64,000 bases of DNA from contig OY986950.1 in NCBI GenBank assembly GCA_963920595.1, positions 3,162,001 through 3,226,000 on the forward strand, written 5' to 3'. Of the stretch, positions 51,971 to 64,000 are shown piece by piece. The number at the start of each line of letters is the position of its first letter. Within the stretch, counting starts at the first letter, position 1. The translations under genes and the position numbers were made by a program. The notes beneath the pieces are model-generated. The model made no database searches and was not told the origin of the DNA. It worked only from the letters and a program-made list of their open reading frames with translations. The DNA is from Eimeria praecox (Eukaryota).

Positions 51971-52143
51971 CCTCAGGTTTATAATATAATAATTATTATT
52001 CCTATATATATTCAAATTATACACAGACAAATCAGAGCAGCAACAAATGATCCTGATGCTGCTGTTGTTGTTGTTGTTGCTCTTGCTGCTGTTGCTGCTG
52101 TTGCTGCTGCTGTTGCTGCTGTTGCTGCTGCTCTTGCTGTTGC

Positions 52144-52177
<34 letters not shown>

Positions 52178-52254
52178 CTTGCTGCTGTTGCTGCTGCTGC
52201 TGTTGCTGCTGCTGTTGCTGTTGCTGCTGCTCTTGCTGTTGCTGTTGTTGCTGC

Positions 52255-52337
<83 letters not shown>

Positions 52338-52727
52338 CTGTTGGTGCGGCTCGCCAGGCCTACAACTGGCTGCAACAGATACTGCGGATCATCGGCGTCA
52401 GGTGTACGTACAAACTCCTCTCTCTCCGATTTATAATAAATATTTGCTTGAAGTTTTAGTTTTTCTTGATATTCAATTAATATGAAAGAAGTAAGTTGTT
52501 GAAGAGAGAGAAGAAAGCCACTACCATTGAGGGTTTCTCCGTGTTTTCGAAGAATGTAGTAGTTGTTGTCTGCTATTTACGAGTTCAAACAGAAGAAAAA
52601 TATATAAAAACATACTTTGTTGATATCATAAATATATTTAAAACAATAAATTAAATGAGAAAAACAACGAAGTCGTCGATACATTCCTTCAAATCTTCTC
52701 CAGCCCCATCGCGCATGCAATCAACAC

Positions 52728-52771
<44 letters not shown>

Positions 52772-53058
52772 AACACAGCACCAAATACTTCTATTTGTTG
52801 TCTAAATCGATGATATTAATTATATATAGAATATAATTTATATATTTATTCTTTCAAAGTTGATATAACAAGGATGAAGGTTAGCTTTCTTTATAAAATG
52901 CGAGGAGTCTGCAACAGCGCCGCTGTTGGTTATGACAGAAATAGAATACAGAATTAAATAAAATAAAGAATAATATATAATAAAACGAATATAAATAAAA
53001 ATAAACAATAAAAATAAGAGAAAAATAGACCTATGGTAGGCAAACACAAAGCTTTAGA

Positions 53059-53876
53059 TTACGCTTTCTGTTCGCCTTTCGAAACCGATGTTAACATCTC
53101 AGCAAGCGCCAACAGATCTTTCATTTCTTCTGCCTATAAAATATATATATATATATATATTAATTTATTTGTTTTATTTAATATTATTATTTGTTGTAAT
53201 TATTTAAGAAAAGGATTCGTAGAATGTAGACATACTTGTTGCTTGATGATATGTTGAAAGTCTGTTAGTTACGGCATTCAAGTTTTCGGGTTTTGTACGG
53301 CATCATAAATGTTTATGTTTTATTTTTTATAAAATTAATTTATTACCCTCAATATCTTCTTCGAATTCATGTTTTCTCCAATTAATTGTTTTTTGTATTT
53401 GTTTTCTTCTTTCTTCAGATGTTTTCGTGTTGTATCTGTCCGTGTTTGGCAGATCTACGTGCATGTTCACGACGGGAGAGGGAGAGGGAGAAGTATCCCC
53501 TAAAAATAATTTAAAAGTATATAATATATTAAATAAATATATATAATTATATTTAAACACAAAAAAACATTCAAATAAATACATATTCCCACCGATAGGA
53601 GGGTTTTGTTTGCTTTCGTCAATAGGATTCAAGAGTTGTTGAAAGGAAGGATTCGCAGGCATTCCACGTTTTCTGTGATAAACTGTAGAAATATTAAAAA
53701 ATTAATATATTTTGTATAATAATTAATAATATATTTTGTACAATTATTTAAATATTCTTACTATTTTTCTGTTCTTTCATAAATAAAGAAAACACAGGAG
53801 AAACCATGAAAAGTAGGGCGTTGCAGGAAGCTATAAAGAAGAACCCTCGCCATATTTTTTCGTGTTTTCTACGCAT
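53059..53876 (-). CDS. Small predicted secreted protein with a C-terminal coiled coil, 5 exons, ~152 aa, unknown family
   Basis: Exons 53876-53762, 53682-53593, 53499-53347, 53261-53236, 53133-53059, separated by ~80-100 nt AT-rich GT-AG introns, splice into one frame. The N-terminus is signal-like (GFFFIASCNALLFMVSPVFS). The exon 2 donor (GTGGGA) is weak. Confidence 0.7.
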
Positions 53877-54450
53877 GACGATGTTAATATATTTATATAT
53901 ATGATTGAATTTGAATATAAATAATATTAATTTCTTTTTTAAATGAATAGAAAACAAAAAATATAATTATGATAGTACAACTTGAGGTGTATACGCTTCT
54001 CGTGTTTTCTTCTTTATTATTTATGTTGATGATTTCGTTTCATTTGTTTCTTCAATACATGAAACCCACGTTTATTTGTTGTTTTTATGATTTAAATAAC
54101 ATTGTAAATATATTTATACATTATTATATTTGTATTCTTCTTAATATATTTTCTTATTTTATATAATCTTCATAGTCTGAGATCCTCTTCCTTCTTCGTG
54201 CAATAAAAAGATGAATTGAAATCAAAGCCACATCTTCTTTCCTCTCTTTTCGTGTTTTCTTCGATTAATTATATTATTATATATAATATAATATATAATA
54301 TATTATATTATTATTAAATAATTATCAAATAATTAGCATATAAACTAACAAGAAAGGAATAAATACCCAAAAAACAAAATGCTCTTCCCTCAACAACTAG
54401 AAAGAAAGAGAAACTACAAAGAAGCAGAAACTACAAATAACAACAACATA

Positions 54451-54499
<49 letters not shown>

Positions 54500-54654
54500 G
54501 TAAGTTCAACAGTAAATAAGTAGTATATTTTTATATATTTCTTTTCTTTATTATTTCTTCTTCTATCTTCTAAACAGAACACATACTTTGAAGAGAAGAG
54601 CAGTTCAAATGTTTCGTCTTACGAATCTATTAAAATATACAACTTCATACAAAC

Positions 54655-63497
<8,843 letters not shown>

Positions 63498-63605
63498 TGG
63501 GAGTCTGATAGAATACTGCTGCTGGGATGCGTTGCTGCTGCTCTACTCATATACAAGAGAAGGAAACACTTTCAAATGCTGCTGCTGCTGCTGCTGCTGC
63601 TGTTT

Positions 63606-63658
<53 letters not shown>

Positions 63659-63787
63659 TGGCCTCTAAGGGAAGTCTGCAGCAGCAGCTGCTGCTACGCA
63701 GAGGATCTGCTAGCTTGGTGTGCAGCACGGACGGCAGAAATATCTGAGGGCCTCGCATGAAGCCCCACCCTTGAACTGTTCTGCCTA

Positions 63788-63853
<66 letters not shown>

Positions 63854-64000
63854 CTCCCAGGGCCCCCCCCCCCGATGCAGCTGTTCAGACAGCCGGGGGC
63901 CCCCCTGCAGCAGCAAGAGGAGGCAGAGCAGCAGCAGCTGCAGCGAGCTGTAAGGTTTTCAGCAGCAAGCAAGGCCATGCACCCAGACGAAATACTCCTG

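Overview
Eukaryotic, intron-rich DNA with the signature of a coccidian apicomplexan, most likely Eimeria: pervasive CAG/CTG repeats translated as poly-Q/A/S, interstitial telomere-like (TTTAGGG)n, TGCATGCA and (AT)n tracts. Gene models were built by hand from GT-AG boundaries and reading-frame continuity. They are a 10-exon diacylglycerol kinase (+), a 7-exon ApiAP2-type transcription factor (+), a large low-complexity hypothetical gene (+), two identical convergent tRNA-Gln(CTG) genes, a Ser-rich hypothetical ORF (+), TCTP (-) divergent from cytosolic seryl-tRNA synthetase (+), an intronless F-box/WD40-like protein (-), RPB8 (-), a cryptic 5-exon small secreted coiled-coil protein (-) and a 9-exon AGC-family kinase (-). 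The repeat-poor island at about 6.8-10.4 kb holds two decayed, internally deleted Ty3/gypsy chromovirus-like retrotransposon copies facing each other, which no single ORF in the track reveals. Other structure worth checking includes a dispersed GGTGT-N4-ACACC palindrome, telomeric repeats fused to splice donors, and long intronic fold-backs. No database searches were run, so all family assignments rest on motif recognition.
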